DNA of 64,000 nucleotides from the human T2T-CHM13v2.0 reference genome, Homo sapiens, in NCBI RefSeq assembly GCF_009914755.1, contig NC_060930.1; one strand, given 5' to 3'. Under the pieces are notes generated by a model. That model saw only the letters and a list, made by a program, of their open reading frames with translations. It searched no databases and had not been told where the DNA came from. The translations under genes and the position numbers were made by a program. The number at the start of each line of letters is the position of its first letter. The first letter of the stretch is position 1. Shown here piece after piece: positions 1-18,360 of this stretch.

Positions 1-586
1 TGGATTCAAGACGTTTGAACCAAGAAGAAATGCTTTCTTGGCCTATTCCTGCATTCTCTTGTGCAGCCAGCAGCAGCCTCTGCTTTATACAAAGGTTAGT
101 GTAAATTAGGTCAAAGTTTCAGTTGAGTAGTAGGGGCCTCACCCTAAGGTGGGGTCACCCAAAGCTCCAGACCCCAGACTCTGGCTGTATCCTTGAGACA
201 TAAGAGTCATTGATGATAAGTTAAACCACATCAGCAAAAAAAACAACAACATTCCTGGGAACAACTGAAAATGCATGTCCTGCTGATCGACAGAAACCAA
301 CACAGTAGCACAGTGTTTTAAGAGAGGCGACCTCAGGCTTTTCTTGTTAGAAAGTAATTATCATGGTACTCACCTTTCTAGATGATGATAATACAATTTG
401 CTGACTAGGAGAGCAAGGGTCAGTGTGGACCATAGTGTTTGCCTCTCCTGTAAGAGGAGAGCTATTGGCCGTTAAAACACACTTGGAAATTGTTCAGCAA
501 TCAATCCTTTGATAAAAATTGATATATTGGAGAATAGCTATGAAAAGACACCATGATCACGCTTTCTGAATCAAAAACTGGGATTT

Positions 587-866
587 GGCTATGCACAATG
601 ACTCATGTCTGTAATCCCAGCACTTTGGGAGGCTAAGGAGGGAGGATCAGTTGAAGCCAGGAGTTTGAGACCAGCCTGGCCAATAAAAATACAAAAAAAA
701 TTAGCCAAGAGTGGTGGCATATGCCTGTAATCTCAGCTACTCAGGAGGCTGAGGCACAAGAATTGCTTAAACCCAGGAGGTGGAGGTTGCAGTGAGCTAA
801 GTTGGCACCATTGCACTCCAGCCTGGGTGACAGGGCAAGACTGTCTCAAAACAAAACAAAATAAAA
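587..866 (+). mobile_element. Alu (old, internal deletion)
   Basis: Alu consensus; TSD caaaaactggga 572-583 / 867-878. Confidence 0.92.
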
Positions 867-1190
867 CAAAAACTGGGACATGAGTTTTGTTCTGTTTTGT
901 TTTAAAAGAGTCTCAAAAAAACATTCAAGGGAGGACGTGGGGACTGTCTCACATCATCAAAAAAATAGAATTTCCAAGGGTGATATATAGAAAAAAATCA
1001 AACATGTATTAGTTCTTTAACTTACTCATCCTATGGGAAAGGCCCTAAAAGGAAAACCTAACAAGCAAAAATTAAATTAAATATAGTTTCTACCAGTAGA
1101 AACTGCAAACCGGCTAGAAAAGATGGGACACACACATGATAAAACAGACAGCCATGGTGAGGGGTACCATGATCATTAGTTCTAGAATCA

Positions 1191-1733
<543 letters not shown>

Positions 1734-1984
1734 TCATTGTCAGCACAAGTTGTAACAACCCCATCGCCCTCTGCCAGAGGTGGAGAAATTGGGCTCATCA
1801 TCGTCTATCTATGTTTCCCAAGGTTCTGAGTAGTTCATCTGTCATGATCCCAAACTCCTCCAACAGGTCTTGGCGATGTGATTCATGTCATTTCTGATTC
1901 ATCCAGGGATGATGTCTGTCTTTTCCATTTCTCCCGTGGTACTCAGTCCTGTAACAATACACTTGGGAAGTTTTCTTCTTTGTG

Positions 1985-2412
1985 TTTCCAAAACCCCTGT
2001 TGCTTGCCGCAGAGAAAGCCAATGGTGGAGACAATAGTATTGCCCAGGAAAAAAGCTTTAATTGGGCGTTGCAGCCAAGGAGATGGGTAATCTGTCTCAA
2101 ATCCATTTCCTTGACCAACTAAACTACTAAAACTAGAGATTTGTGTAGGAGGGAAGAAATGTTACAATGTGTAAGAAAACAAGAACTAGGGAGGGGCAAG
2201 GTAGCAATCATGATAAATGAGGGGTCTGGCATCTCATTGTGGTGATCTGGTGAGTTTCAGTTCTTTGATACTTTTTTTGAGGAGCCTGAGCATCCTTTCC
2301 TGAGAAAGGAACTCAGATAAAACAAATTAAGTTTCAAGCTTTATCACCAGAAGGGTCAATTTCTATGTTTATATATATATATTAAAAAAAAATCTATGGG
2401 ACTATTGGGTGC
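1985..2412 (-). mobile_element. ERV1-class solo LTR (LOR1-like)
   Basis: Reverse strand cccaatagtcccataga...catagaaattgacccttctgg...aaagcttgaaac resembles the recalled LOR1 consensus. Confidence 0.55.
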
Positions 2413-2772
2413 CTACAAGAGTATAACACATTCTACCAGTGAAGGCTCAGGTGCAGAATAAAGCCTTCATTGATAGCTGTGATCTGTGATTTAAGGCAGG
2501 AGGCTACTTCCAGGACTATTCTTCAATGGTTCAGGCTTTTAGGTTACCTTCTGCGTGCTAAAGACTTCGTATCTTTTAGAACATGAAGGGACAGAGCCAG
2601 AAAATATCTCATGTTTCAGTGAGACATTGAAAGTTCATATTCACAGTGAAAGAATCTGGCCCATTTTACTGGTTCATTGATCTCATTTTTCTAGTGATTT
2701 TTAGATCAAGGCTCTTGACCTTTAAGATAATGATTTGTTGGTAGATCCTAAAACCCCCAAACCTGGTGTGCG

Positions 2773-4326
<1,554 letters not shown>

Positions 4327-4449
4327 TATTTGGTGGTTTTTCAAAGTAGTTACTGCTGTCATACCCCAAAGAGTGACATTTGTGGTCAAAAGTATTCTTT
4401 ATAAGGATAACATTGAGATCTGTTTTGTGGCTTAAAAAAAAGAAAGTCA

Positions 4450-4776
<327 letters not shown>

Positions 4777-6609
4777 TCAGTTGCAAGGATGAAACAATAA
4801 GGCAACAAATTTCCATCAGAAGGTCAGGTGGTAACCTTTGAAGAGTACTGCAAATTACATGAGATTCTGGAAGCTCAGATCAAAACATAGTTCAGGTTTT
4901 TACCAAAGCTGACATTCTGAACATTTTAGATCAGCCGATTTGATATCATTCATTGGCAAAATTTTAGAAGAGTCAACACAGGGAGAAAAAAAATCTTGTG
5001 GACAGAAGAAAAAGAAGATGAGATTGCAAGTCAGTAAGGGCCCACTAACAACATCAAAGAGAGGACTACATTCATTTCCTTTTTACAAAATATTACCAGC
5101 CTAAAAAATCTTTTCAACATCAATATCTTTACTTTTTAAAAGCTTTTTAAGAAAATCCGTTTTATTCTTGTGGCATTGAAGAATTACAAGCTGGATGGTA
5201 GTATAGTTCTAGGTGAGTCAAACTTCATTGAGCAACTTACCCAGGAATACTTACTTCCCGTAGGTAGACTGTCCCTGGAAGTATACAAGACCCCCTCAGC
5301 CTTCACCAGTTGGCTAAGGGTTGCTGCCAGCCTCAGTTTCTTCTTGATTCAACATTATTGATCAAGAGGAGGCTCAACATTCTTATTCAGAAAGAGGCTT
5401 CTTGGCTCAACTTTTATTTACGTTGTCTCTGCTACCCCATTCAGAGATGCTCTCATCTTATTTGCATATAATTTCTTATATGTTTTGTAAGTTAATTGAG
5501 ATCAATAAGATGAATTTGACATAAAAATGCCTCCGTTTCTCCACATCTTAGAACCTATGGTGTTGATAACTATGACCTTGAATGGGATAGAAGCACGCTA
5601 CACTGACAACGTAAAACACTCATCCATATAAGTGTATGCTCATTTTAACAATATATTATTTTAATACATTCTATTTATCAGAGATGCCAGTAGCTTTTTC
5701 TTCATATAGCTGTCGTTGAGATGCCTGGCACACAGTAGAGAGTCTGTGAACAGTTGTTGGAAGAGCAGACAAATAAAACATTGCTTGTGCTTCTAGAGTT
5801 CTTTGCTCAAGTTGATGTTTCCAAATATCTGAATTTCGAGGAGGGCTCTTGTCCTAATAGAGATCCAAGGAGAACTGTTAGGTAAGGATTTTTGAGGCGA
5901 TGTACTCCAATCGTATTTAGCTTTAATAGGGATTGTGCACTGAAACCCTAGGAGATGCTTTGAAAATCTCTAAGAATACATATTATGAATTCAACAGCTC
6001 TCCAGTCATTTTGCTGATATATTAAAAGGCAACATTTTTATTAATTTATGCAGTGCTGTCTTACCAGTTCTAGGCAATAAAGAAGTTTACAAGGTCAGTC
6101 AGGATCTGAACAAAGAATAAATAAAAAGATAGTCTGAAACTGGCAATGCTGTCAGGAAATTGGTGGGTACAAAATGAATTGGGGGTGATGGCCCGGCGTG
6201 GAAAATTGAGGATCAAGTGACCCGGCATAATGTAGATGCCAAGACTGCAAAAAGTGACACAAGATCCTGACAGAAAATAATTGGTACTTATTTGCATATA
6301 ATTTCTTATATGTTTTATAAGTTAATTGAGGTCAAAATGAACATAAATTCCCCTCGGCCCGTGTATTTTCATCTTATGCATCCCCAGTTCCCACCAGCCT
6401 CTGCTGAAGGAGGTCAGGCTAACCCATTCAGAAAAAGAAAAAAGAAAAAATCCCTGCTTAGCCCAGTCTAAGGCAGTAGTTCTCTAAGTTCATTCTGCAG
6501 CACTGCCAAGGGTCTCAATCTATCATCTCTCGCCTCGCCTTCCTCTTCTCATCACCATCTTAACATTAAAGTGCCAGACAGGCTGTTCACACTCAAGCAA
6601 ATGATTTCC

Positions 6610-6770
6610 TTCACTCCTCATCACAATCCTCGTTTTGCAGATGATGAATCTGAAATACAGAGAGGTTTAGTACCAAGGGCAAGTCACCCAGCTGCTAACA
6701 GGAATTCCAATCCAAACAACCAGCTTCAAAGCCAGTGCTTTTAATTAAACCTCATGCTCTCTTGAACCAT
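6610..6770 (-). mobile_element. MIR fragment
   Basis: ttttgcagatgatgaatctgaaatacagagaggttt...gtcacccagct MIR core. Confidence 0.6.
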
Positions 6771-7282
6771 TCCTCCATAAATCAGAAAACCTCTAGCCCA
6801 CCAGAATTGCATGGCTATCAGATATCAAGATGCCCATCTCCCTCTGAGCACCCCACCGGACCATAAAGACTCCTCGGTATCATGGAGACACAAAAGGCCA
6901 ACCCATTTACACTCACCCTTTTCCATGCCACCAACCCCAGGAGGCTACTTGGGCTTGGAAGCTTCAGTCTCAGGCCACCCTGGTTTCCATGAATCTGTTT
7001 CCATGAATCTTCCCACACAAGAAGCAGTGCTCTAGGCATTCCCAGCCTTGGCTGACATATTTCTTCCACAACTTATGACCCCATAAGTACAGACACCTAG
7101 AAAGTAAGCCTAATTCGGAGACTGAGATGGAGGGTGATCTTGACGAAGGCCTCACTTTCCTTTCTCGTTAACCATGAAGCAGAAACTATATTCATCAGTT
7201 TCCATGCTAGAGAAATTTTGAACAGAAAATGACGGAAAAATACTTTTACCGTCAGGAAAAAAAATAAAATAAAAGACAAGGT

Positions 7283-7573
7283 GGCTGGGCGCAGTGGCTC
7301 ATGCCTGTAATCCCAGCACTTTGGGAGGCTGAGGCAGGCAGATCACGAGGTCAAGAGATTGAGACCATCCTGGCCAACATGGTGAGACCCCATCTCTACC
7401 AAAAATACAAAAATTAGCTGAGCGTGGTGGTGGGTGCCTGTAATCCCAGCTACTCAGGAAGCCGAGGCAGGAGAATTGCTTGAACCTGGGAGGCGGAAGT
7501 TGCAGGGAGCCGAGATCACGCCACTGCACTCCAGCCTGAGTGATAGAGCAAGACTCAAAAACAAAACAAATCA
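7283..7573 (+). mobile_element. Alu (Sc-like)
   Basis: TSD aaaagacaaggt 7271-7282 / 7574-7585. Confidence 0.95.
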
Positions 7574-7647
7574 AAAAGACAAGGTGAAGAACAATGTGTA
7601 TAATAGATTTCTATTATGAAGAGGAAGATAAAAATCTGTAGCATGTA

Positions 7648-8343
7648 CAGTCATGTGACAAAAAATGACGCTCAGTCAATGACAGACTGCGTATACCATG
7701 GTAGTCCCATAAGATTCTAATGGAGCTGAAAAATTCCTATTGCCTAGTGACGTTGTCGCCATTGCAGTGTCTTAGTGCAATTCATTACTCATGTGTTTGT
7801 GGTGATGCTGGTGTAAACAAACCTACTCAACTCCCAGTCATATGAAAGTAGAGCACATCCAATTATGACTCACAACACTCCATAGTGATAATAAATGACC
7901 ATATTACTGGTTTATGTAGTTACTGTACCATACTTTTTATCGTCATTTTAGAGTGCACCTTTCTACTTGTATTTTTAAAAGGCAACTGTGGAACAGCCCA
8001 GGCAGGTCTTTCAGGAGGGATTCCAGAAGAAGAGATTGTTACCACAAGAGATGACAGCTCCCCTGAAAACCTTCCAGTGCGGCAAGATGTGGGGGCAGAA
8101 GATACTGATATTGATGATCCTGACACTGTGTAGAACTAGGATGTGTGTGTTTGTGTCTTAAGGTTTTTAACGATGTTTTAAAAGGTTAAAAAAAAAAGTA
8201 AATAATTATAAAAATATTAAAAAGCTTATAGAATAAGGATACTGTATAGCTGTACAATATGTTTTTTAAGCTAAGTATTACTACAAAGGGACCAAAAGGT
8301 TAAAAAAGCTTTTTTGGTTTGTATAATAAAAAATTTATAGTAA
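7648..8343 (+). mobile_element. Tigger3/MER7-type TcMar DNA transposon (5' part)
   Basis: TA|CAGTCATG terminus; gtcccataagatt-taatggagctgaaaaattcctat...caggtctttcaggagggattccagaagaag match the recalled Tigger3b consensus. Confidence 0.8.
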
Positions 8344-8645
8344 GGCCGGGCATGGTGGCTGATGCCTATAATCCCAGCACATTGGGAAGCTGAGGCGCGA
8401 GGATTGCTTTTCAGGTCAGGAGTTCAAGACCAGCCTGGGCAACATTGGGAGACCTTGTATCTACAAAAAATACAAACATTAGCCATGCGTGGTGGCACAC
8501 GCCTGTGGTCCCAGCTACTCCAGAGGCTGAAGTGGGAGGATCACTTGAACCTGAGAGTTAGAGGCTGTAATGAGCTATAATTGCACCACTGCACTTCAGC
8601 CTGGGTGACAAAGTGAGACCATGTCTCAATAAATAAATAAATAAA
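8344..8645 (+). mobile_element. Alu (J-like) with (AAAT)n tail
   Basis: Alu consensus. Confidence 0.93.
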
Positions 8646-8746
8646 TATGCAGATAAATGATGAACTAAGAGAGACTTTTGACGGTGTAATGTTTTGTGTA
8701 TTTTCATTTTTGACCCATGAGAATATATTATCTATTCAAAAATCTA

Positions 8747-9037
8747 GGCCGGGCATGGTGGCTCACGCCTGTAATCCCAGCACTTTGGGAGGCCAAGGCA
8801 GGTGGATCACTAGGTCAGGAGTTCAAGGCCAGCCTGGCCAAGATGGTGAAACCCTGTCTCTACTAAAAATACAAAAAAATTAGCCAGGCATGGTGGCGGG
8901 TGCCTATAATCCCAGGTACTCGGGAGGCTGAGGCAGAGAATTGCTTGAACCCAGGAGGCGGAGGTTGCAGTGAGCCAAGACTGAGCCACTGCACTCCAGC
9001 CTGGGCGACAGAGCGAGACTCAAAAAAAAAAAAAAAA
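8747..9037 (+). mobile_element. Alu (Sg-like)
   Basis: TSD aaaaatcta. Confidence 0.95.
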
Positions 9038-9174
9038 TCTAACAGGTTGATTTTTAAATTAAAAAAAATATGTGTATATTATATATATATGTGTATATTA
9101 TATATATGTATAACCGTGAGAAGTATTAACATTGATTGCCTCTGAGCAGAGAAACCAAAAGGTAGAAAAATGAT

Positions 9175-10225
<1,051 letters not shown>

Positions 10226-10528
10226 AAACAGGGTGCGGAAATTTTTTGCAGGGTTTCCTTTTACACTGTTTTATTTTTTCATGCCATGTGCAGAAAAGAA
10301 ATGCATAACATTTAAAATTTTAAAAGACTGCCATCACAAATGAGTGCATGGTTGGAAAAGGGACGTTCTGTGTTCAGGCTGTATTCTGAAACCCTATTGT
10401 GGAAAATTCTGCCTGCACTTGGGTGTGCTTGCTTTGGGGTTGACTTTACTTTTAGAACGTTCCCAGCATACAAAAGGAAAGTAAAAAATATGCAAGATAA
10501 ATATACGCGTGTTTACACAAGCCCTGAT

Positions 10529-10821
10529 CTTTTTATTTTTATTTTTTTTGAGACGGAGTCTCACTCTGTCGCCAGGTTGGAGTGCAGTGGCGCAACCTCC
10601 ACCTCCTGGGCTCAAGCAATTCTCCTGCCTCAGCCTCCCGAGTAGCTGGGACTACAGGCGTGCACCATCACGTCCAGCTAATTTTTTTATTTTTTTTATT
10701 TTTAATAGAGATGAAGTTTCACCATGTTGGCCAGTATGGTCTCGATCACCTGACCTCGTGATCCTCCTGCCTCAGCCTCCTAAAGTTTTGGGATTATAGG
10801 CATGAGCCACTGCACCTGGCC
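10529..10821 (-). mobile_element. Alu
   Basis: TSD caagccctgat 10518-10528 / 10822-10832. Confidence 0.95.
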
Positions 10822-11479
10822 CAAGCCCTGATATTTTTATTACCTTGGGACAGTCATAGTGGGATCCCACGGACACAGTCACTTTAACACAACTGGCACA
10901 AAGCATCCTTCATTTTGGGTTTAGTTTCTCTCCAGCAAATATAGGAAGGAGCAAATACCTATCACCCAGGATTCCCCTCCCCAGCATTTATTAACTAATC
11001 AATAAAACCTAACAGCGCCATCATTAATTCAGATGACACCCATTCACTTAGAAAGCCATAGGAGATTTCAGGGCGAAAAAGCCATCATCCACGAAGTGGC
11101 TGATATTTCTACTGCAAAATTCTGGAGGATTTGCTTTGTCAGAATGAAAGAACAGTTAATGTGTTTGCTGGCAAAAATTTAGAGTTTTGGGGGGTTTCAG
11201 GGAAGTGGGAAGGCTGATGAGGACTCTCTGCTCACAGAAAACCCATCATGAAAACTCAGCACAAAGTCTTCACTGACAGAGAAATTCAACACTTGGTTTT
11301 CTTTAAAAAGATCTATTGAAATGAAAAAATCAGGAGACCGAATTTAGTCACTGCTTTTTAAGAACACATTTTTCTCTCTAAATGCACCCATTTCCAAATC
11401 TCCTTTGATTACTGTCTCTTGTTTAACATTTTTCCAGCCAAGAGATCTAAACCTTCACAAAATGTATCTGATTAACTTA

Positions 11480-12290
11480 ATTTTATTTTAGTTACTTTAG
11501 ATGCAAGATCCCCTGCCAGTCACTACGGAGAACACAGATATAAATAAAGCATAGGCCCCACCCTCAATAAACTTGTCATCCCACCCAGTAAAGGAAACAG
11601 ACATAAACAACTAACCCAACACAAAACAGAATGAGAATTTTTCCCCATGCTTTATTAAACAGGGCCTCATTGTAGCTGAAGCATGAACAACATTACATTT
11701 ATTAACTTTATTATAAAGGATGTTCGATAAATAATGATGATGATGCCAGGATCACAGCAGCAGAGGTTAAACAGAGTTATAGCAGGGTTAAATAAAGTTA
11801 CAAGAAATATGCGATAAAAAGTCAGGAGAAGAGACAATTGCTTCTGACTGGGGAGATTAGAGATGCTTTATGAGATGAATTTGTAAGCTGGGATTTAGAG
11901 GGTAAGAAAGTTTTTTTTGTTTTCTGAGTGAGAGGAATGGCATTCTAGGCTGAGCAAAGGTCAGGAGTCCTGTAAGTTCCTGACATGTTCAAGGCAAAGC
12001 AGGAAGCCTGGAGCAGCCAAAGCACAGGGTGTTTGCAGGAATTTAATGGAACAAAAGTCTAGAAGGGCAGTTTGGGGTAGGATTGGGGAAGAGCTTACCT
12101 GCCAGGCTAAGAGGAGGTTAATTTTTACAAAAGAAGGACTGCTGCAGTTTTTCGAGGAGGCAACTTATATAAGTGGACTCATGTTTAGGAATATAATTCT
12201 AGGCCACAATGAAATACTCAGCATTAACCCAGTGTGGCAAACGGACTGGAGGGAAGAATACCTGGGTATGAGGCTCTCAGAGGGAAAGTC
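11480..12290. mobile_element. Degraded L2-like remnant
   Basis: Purine-rich L2-like motifs (ggaatggcattctaggc...agcaaagg); limits uncertain. Confidence 0.45.
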
Positions 12291-12353
12291 TTGGTGTTAG
12301 CTCATTTCCAGCCTGATTATAAAACCACTTTACATTGTCAAAGCACTCTGCAG

Positions 12354-12657
12354 TTTTTTGTTTGTTTGTTTTGTTTTGTTTTGTTTTGAGACGGAGTCTC
12401 GCTCTGTCGCCCAGGCTGGAGTGCCGTGGCACAATCTCGGCTCACTGCACGCTCCGCCTTCCGGGTTCACGCCATTCTCCTGCCTCAGTCTCCTGAGTAG
12501 CTGGGACTACAGGTGTCCGCCACCACGCCCGGCTAATTTTTTGTATTTTTAGTAGAGACGGGGTTTCACCCTGGTTCTCGATCTCCTGACCTCATGATCT
12601 GCATGCCTAGGCCTCCCAAAGTGCTGGGATTATAGGCATGAGCCACCGTGCCCGGCC
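12354..12657 (-). mobile_element. AluY-like
   Basis: gggttcacgccattctcc diagnostic; TSD agcactctg(c/t)agtttt. Confidence 0.95.
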
Positions 12658-12719
12658 AGCACTCTGTAGTTTTATGGTAGCCTTTATTTCACCTAATCCA
12701 CCCAAAATCCCCATGGTCT

Positions 12720-12722
<3 letters not shown>

Positions 12723-12767
<45 letters not shown>
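12723..12767. repeat. (TG)n microsatellite
   Basis: Seen directly. Confidence 0.97.
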
Positions 12768-12769
<2 letters not shown>

Positions 12770-13021
12770 TACAATGGTCATTTTACAGATGAGGAAATGG
12801 AAGTATACCCATTGTAAGTGGCTCACCCACAACACAACACTGCCAGTTCCTCAGCCTCCAAACCCACTCCTCTTTCCACTAAACCACAGCCAACTCCAAG
12901 CATGTCCATCTTTACTTTAGAGTGGGGGTTATTTCCTTGAAGATATCTAATGTTGTAGATGAAAAGATAGAAATATTTGAGAGTTTAAAAACTAGTTTCC
13001 TTTTCACAAAATTGCCTCTTT

Positions 13022-13053
<32 letters not shown>
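13022..13053. repeat. (CA)n microsatellite
   Basis: Seen directly. Confidence 0.95.
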
Positions 13054-14380
13054 CCAAAACTTGAGCACCAAGATTTAGAGCGAAGCAAATGTTAGCAGTC
13101 AACTTTTAAACTTTTGGAAATGGTGTCATTAAAGGAATAACAGCCACAATAACAAGACTACAATAAAACAGTCAATACTCATATGGTGTGAATGAGAAGA
13201 ATTGTTTGTTACATTCGCTCAGGAATGTGGGTCAACCTTCTCATGCTTCCCCTACAGCCTTGTCTGAAGCATTAACAAATGGCTTTTGTGTCCCTGTCTA
13301 TGTGACTATGGTATGTAACTGGACAAGCGGCTACTTCACACAAGAAGGGTTTATATATAAAGGTTTATATCTACCCATGGCCCCAGACAGGGCCTTCTGC
13401 CCCAGATGGAATGAAATGCTATTTGAGAATTACTGTGGTTTGGTTCCCACCCCCGCCGCCTTAGCCCTGTTTTGGGAAGTCACTAACTCCAGCTGACTGG
13501 GCTTTGCCCTTTGTTGGCAATGAGTCCCAAGCCAGATTTTCTGCTAGCATACCCTAATGTGCTCACTGGCTCCTTAGGACTACCCAGGGTGTCTTTGTGG
13601 GTGGCAGTGCTTTTTATTTTTCAAATTTTGGTGGAAGGGGGAAGAGGGGGCTCTACTATTCTTTGTAAATGAGGCCATTTCAGGTAAAGCTATTTTTGTG
13701 ACCATTTTCATCCCCTTTTCTCCCTCAAGCCACCTTTCCTTCCCCTCTTCACTCGCTCGTTTAGTAATTATGATCATTTCTGCTTTCTCGATTGTTAGAG
13801 TCTATTAGTATATTTTCCAACTTGTCTTATGTTCTACTGTTTAAATGTCTTTATATAGTGAAAAATTCCTTCCAAAGCTGTCTCTAAATTTTCAGATCTT
13901 GGGCTCAGCAATTTCTTAGGTTAAGCTTTGGGCAAGATATAGAAGTGGTAATTACAGTTAGTCCAAAGGATAAAAACTGCAAACCAAAAGAATAAATTAC
14001 GGACAACCTTGTGAAGGGATTTTATTGCTTTCTCTGTGTTTTAAAAGTAGATATCTTAACCTCTGCATAAATAAAAGGAAACATGATTGGAAAATCAACA
14101 ATAAATCAACATATTCTTAACTTGTAATTAATAATATGGAAATTCATCTGTCCAAAAGCTCACCCTTCTAGAGGTGTCGTTTTATCTAGCAGCTTTGTTT
14201 TGAAGCAGGGAAACTGAGGCCAAACGTTGGTTTTCCATGCTTCTTCAGGGTTAACTAATTTCTGAGGGAACTAAAGGAATATTTGAGAATTCACTTCCCT
14301 GTTTTATGAGGCACCGGGTGTGGGGTTTCCCTACATCAAGCCAAGAATCAGGGGGATTTTTTTAATCGGTAAAATAATAA

Positions 14381-15083
<703 letters not shown>

Positions 15084-15143
15084 TAACTAGTAGTCTTAAG
15101 CACACTCAGCCTGAGTTAGTGAGTCAAGTTCTCCTACCTAGCC

Positions 15144-15344
15144 CAGTGGTTCTCAATTTCTCACTATTATCACTCCCTCAATATAAAGTCTAACAAGAGA
15201 AATTGAATACGAAGGAGTTACATTTTGTCAGGTAGGGTTAGTTTGAAGGACCACAGACCATTGTAACATCTGAGATTTGTTTCATCTCCCAGGAACCAAT
15301 TTTTGCCCTCTTGAAGACAATATCACCCCAGTTGAGAATGCATG
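15144..15344. mobile_element. hAT-Charlie-type MITE remnant
   Basis: Imperfect terminal inverted repeats cagtggttctcaa ... ttgagaatgcatg. Confidence 0.45.
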
Positions 15345-16299
15345 CTGTGGCCTAATTCCGTATATCAAAATGAGTAACCAGTCCAGCCCTACTCTGTGTA
15401 TAAATCTTTTATTGGAACTTACTTCACTGTTCTGTAATTATATTTGTATTCGTCTGCCTCCCACCAGGCAATAAAATTCTCAATGGGATTTTTTTTTACT
15501 TCCTAGAAAAGAGCTCAAAAGCATTGAATAAATGAATGAACAGATGAATAAATGAAATATAAAGATTGATTGGCACAATCCAGAAGCCAGTATGTTCTTA
15601 ATAGCTCTGCCTCTTCATTCCTTGACTAACTGATCTGAGGTTCAAACAGTAAAGGCATCTGCAGGTGTTGCCTCAGACAAGTGACTACTGTGAAATGGCA
15701 CTAGGTTTCCAAACATCCACAAAGTCTTGCCCACTTTTTGGAGGATAACAGGTGCAGGAGGCAGTGACAGAGATTTGATGTTTGTTTGATGTCTTTGTGA
15801 CCATTTCTCTACCAGATACAATAGGGTGTAGGAAGTAGTAATTATGTTGTCTCAAAGCAGCATTGTAAGTTTACTTACAAAAATGAACACTTAACCTTTC
15901 TCACTGTTGTGCCTGGACTGGCTGCCTAGAGTGATGGCCGAGAGCAGGGCTAATGGTCCAGGCAAGGCAGAACAGGGCACCCTGCAATTAGGAGGAAGGA
16001 TATCCCTAAAGAAGATGGTGGTGGGGGATGCCAGAAACCCACTCCTGCCAGACCCTGAGATCCCACAGGATGCAGGGAGACTCAGTGGGAACAGCCAAAT
16101 CTTCTCCAACAGTATTTCCTCCATTAAACCAGGAGTCTCTCTGTCTCATTCTCAACAGATCCATCACCGCTCATGTTCCAAAACAATCACTCAGCCAAAG
16201 TTCAATCAATTTCAGTGGTTGCTGCTGCAGAGTAGGTTATTGTAGCTACTAACAATTACAGATAAGAAACAGCATATAATAATAATAACAACAAAAACA

Positions 16300-16710
16300 A
16301 TAGTATATTCATGCAGCATTCTAACATTTGCAAAGTGTTTTCATAAATAAATGGAATTTTAATTTCACCACACCGTGAACAATATAGACTAGATGGGTAT
16401 TAACTGCATTTTATAGACAAGAAAGCTGAAGGCAAATGACTGGAACTCCTAGGGTCGTAGGCTCTTCATTCTAGTGTAACAGATACCTGAGTTCCAGATG
16501 AGGCACTGCCGATTACTCACTGGTGGCCTAAGCCCCAACACTTACCTGCTCTCAACCTTGTTTCCCTCATTTAAAAAATAAAGATAGGAAAAACAGCACG
16601 TATCTCAAAGGGTTGCCAAGAGTTTAAATGAGGTAAAGCCTATGTGGCACTGAGTGCAGTAACTGGCAAAAGATAATAGCTAAAAAAAAAAAATAGTTAT
16701 TAGTATTAGT
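16300..16710. mobile_element. Two MIR fragments in opposite orientation
   Basis: cattttatagacaagaaagctgaaggc and ctctcaaccttgtttccctcatttaaaaaa...gagtttaaatgaggtaa. Confidence 0.55.
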
Positions 16711-16757
16711 ACTTGTATTTATTTTTTTATTCCCTATTTTGTTAAGAAAGTACTTGT

Positions 16758-17090
<333 letters not shown>

Positions 17091-17576
17091 TTACATAAAA
17101 TATTAAGCAATATGTGCAAAGCTAAAATGATTCAATTCCAGCAGCTCTCAAGGGCAAAAGAAAAATATTCAAATTGTCCTAGCTATTTACAAAAAATATA
17201 TATATTTTTGACTCGTAACAAATAAAGACATAGAGAAATGATCCCATTAAGGAAATATAAAACATCTTCCTTAAAACCATATTCTTTATATGACTTTCAT
17301 CAATAGACTTCGCATCTCCTTTCCTCAACTCCATTTCATAAAGAGGAATCTGGAGGGTAACAGTCATTTTCCCAAAGTTAGGTAAGAGGCCATTTGCCCA
17401 GCCATGTAAAATAATACATCAGCCAAAACAGGACAATTCAAAATATTAGCTTCATAAGAAGATGGGTTTCTGTCTGTTTTGTTTGCTTACTGTATCCTCA
17501 GGGCCTGGAACAGTTCCTGACACATAGTATGTTATCAGAAAATGTTTGGTGAATATTGAAAATATTGAGTGCTTGA

Positions 17577-17878
<302 letters not shown>

Positions 17879-18045
17879 GTGCTTGAGCATCTTAATTCAT
17901 CTTCAGATATTATCAAGGAGATTGTTCATTGAGTAATTTTCTGCTGTTGTTCCATTCAATCATTCACTTATTCAATACACACCTATTAAGCACCTACTAT
18001 GTGCCAACTCTGGGCTGGGTGCTGGGCATAGAAATGTCAGAAGAA

Positions 18046-18360
<315 letters not shown>

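Noticed and set aside
7885-8133. Acidic ORF ...PEEEIVTTRDDSSPENLPVRQDV...
   Set aside because: Lies inside the Tigger3-type remnant; not an intact transposase
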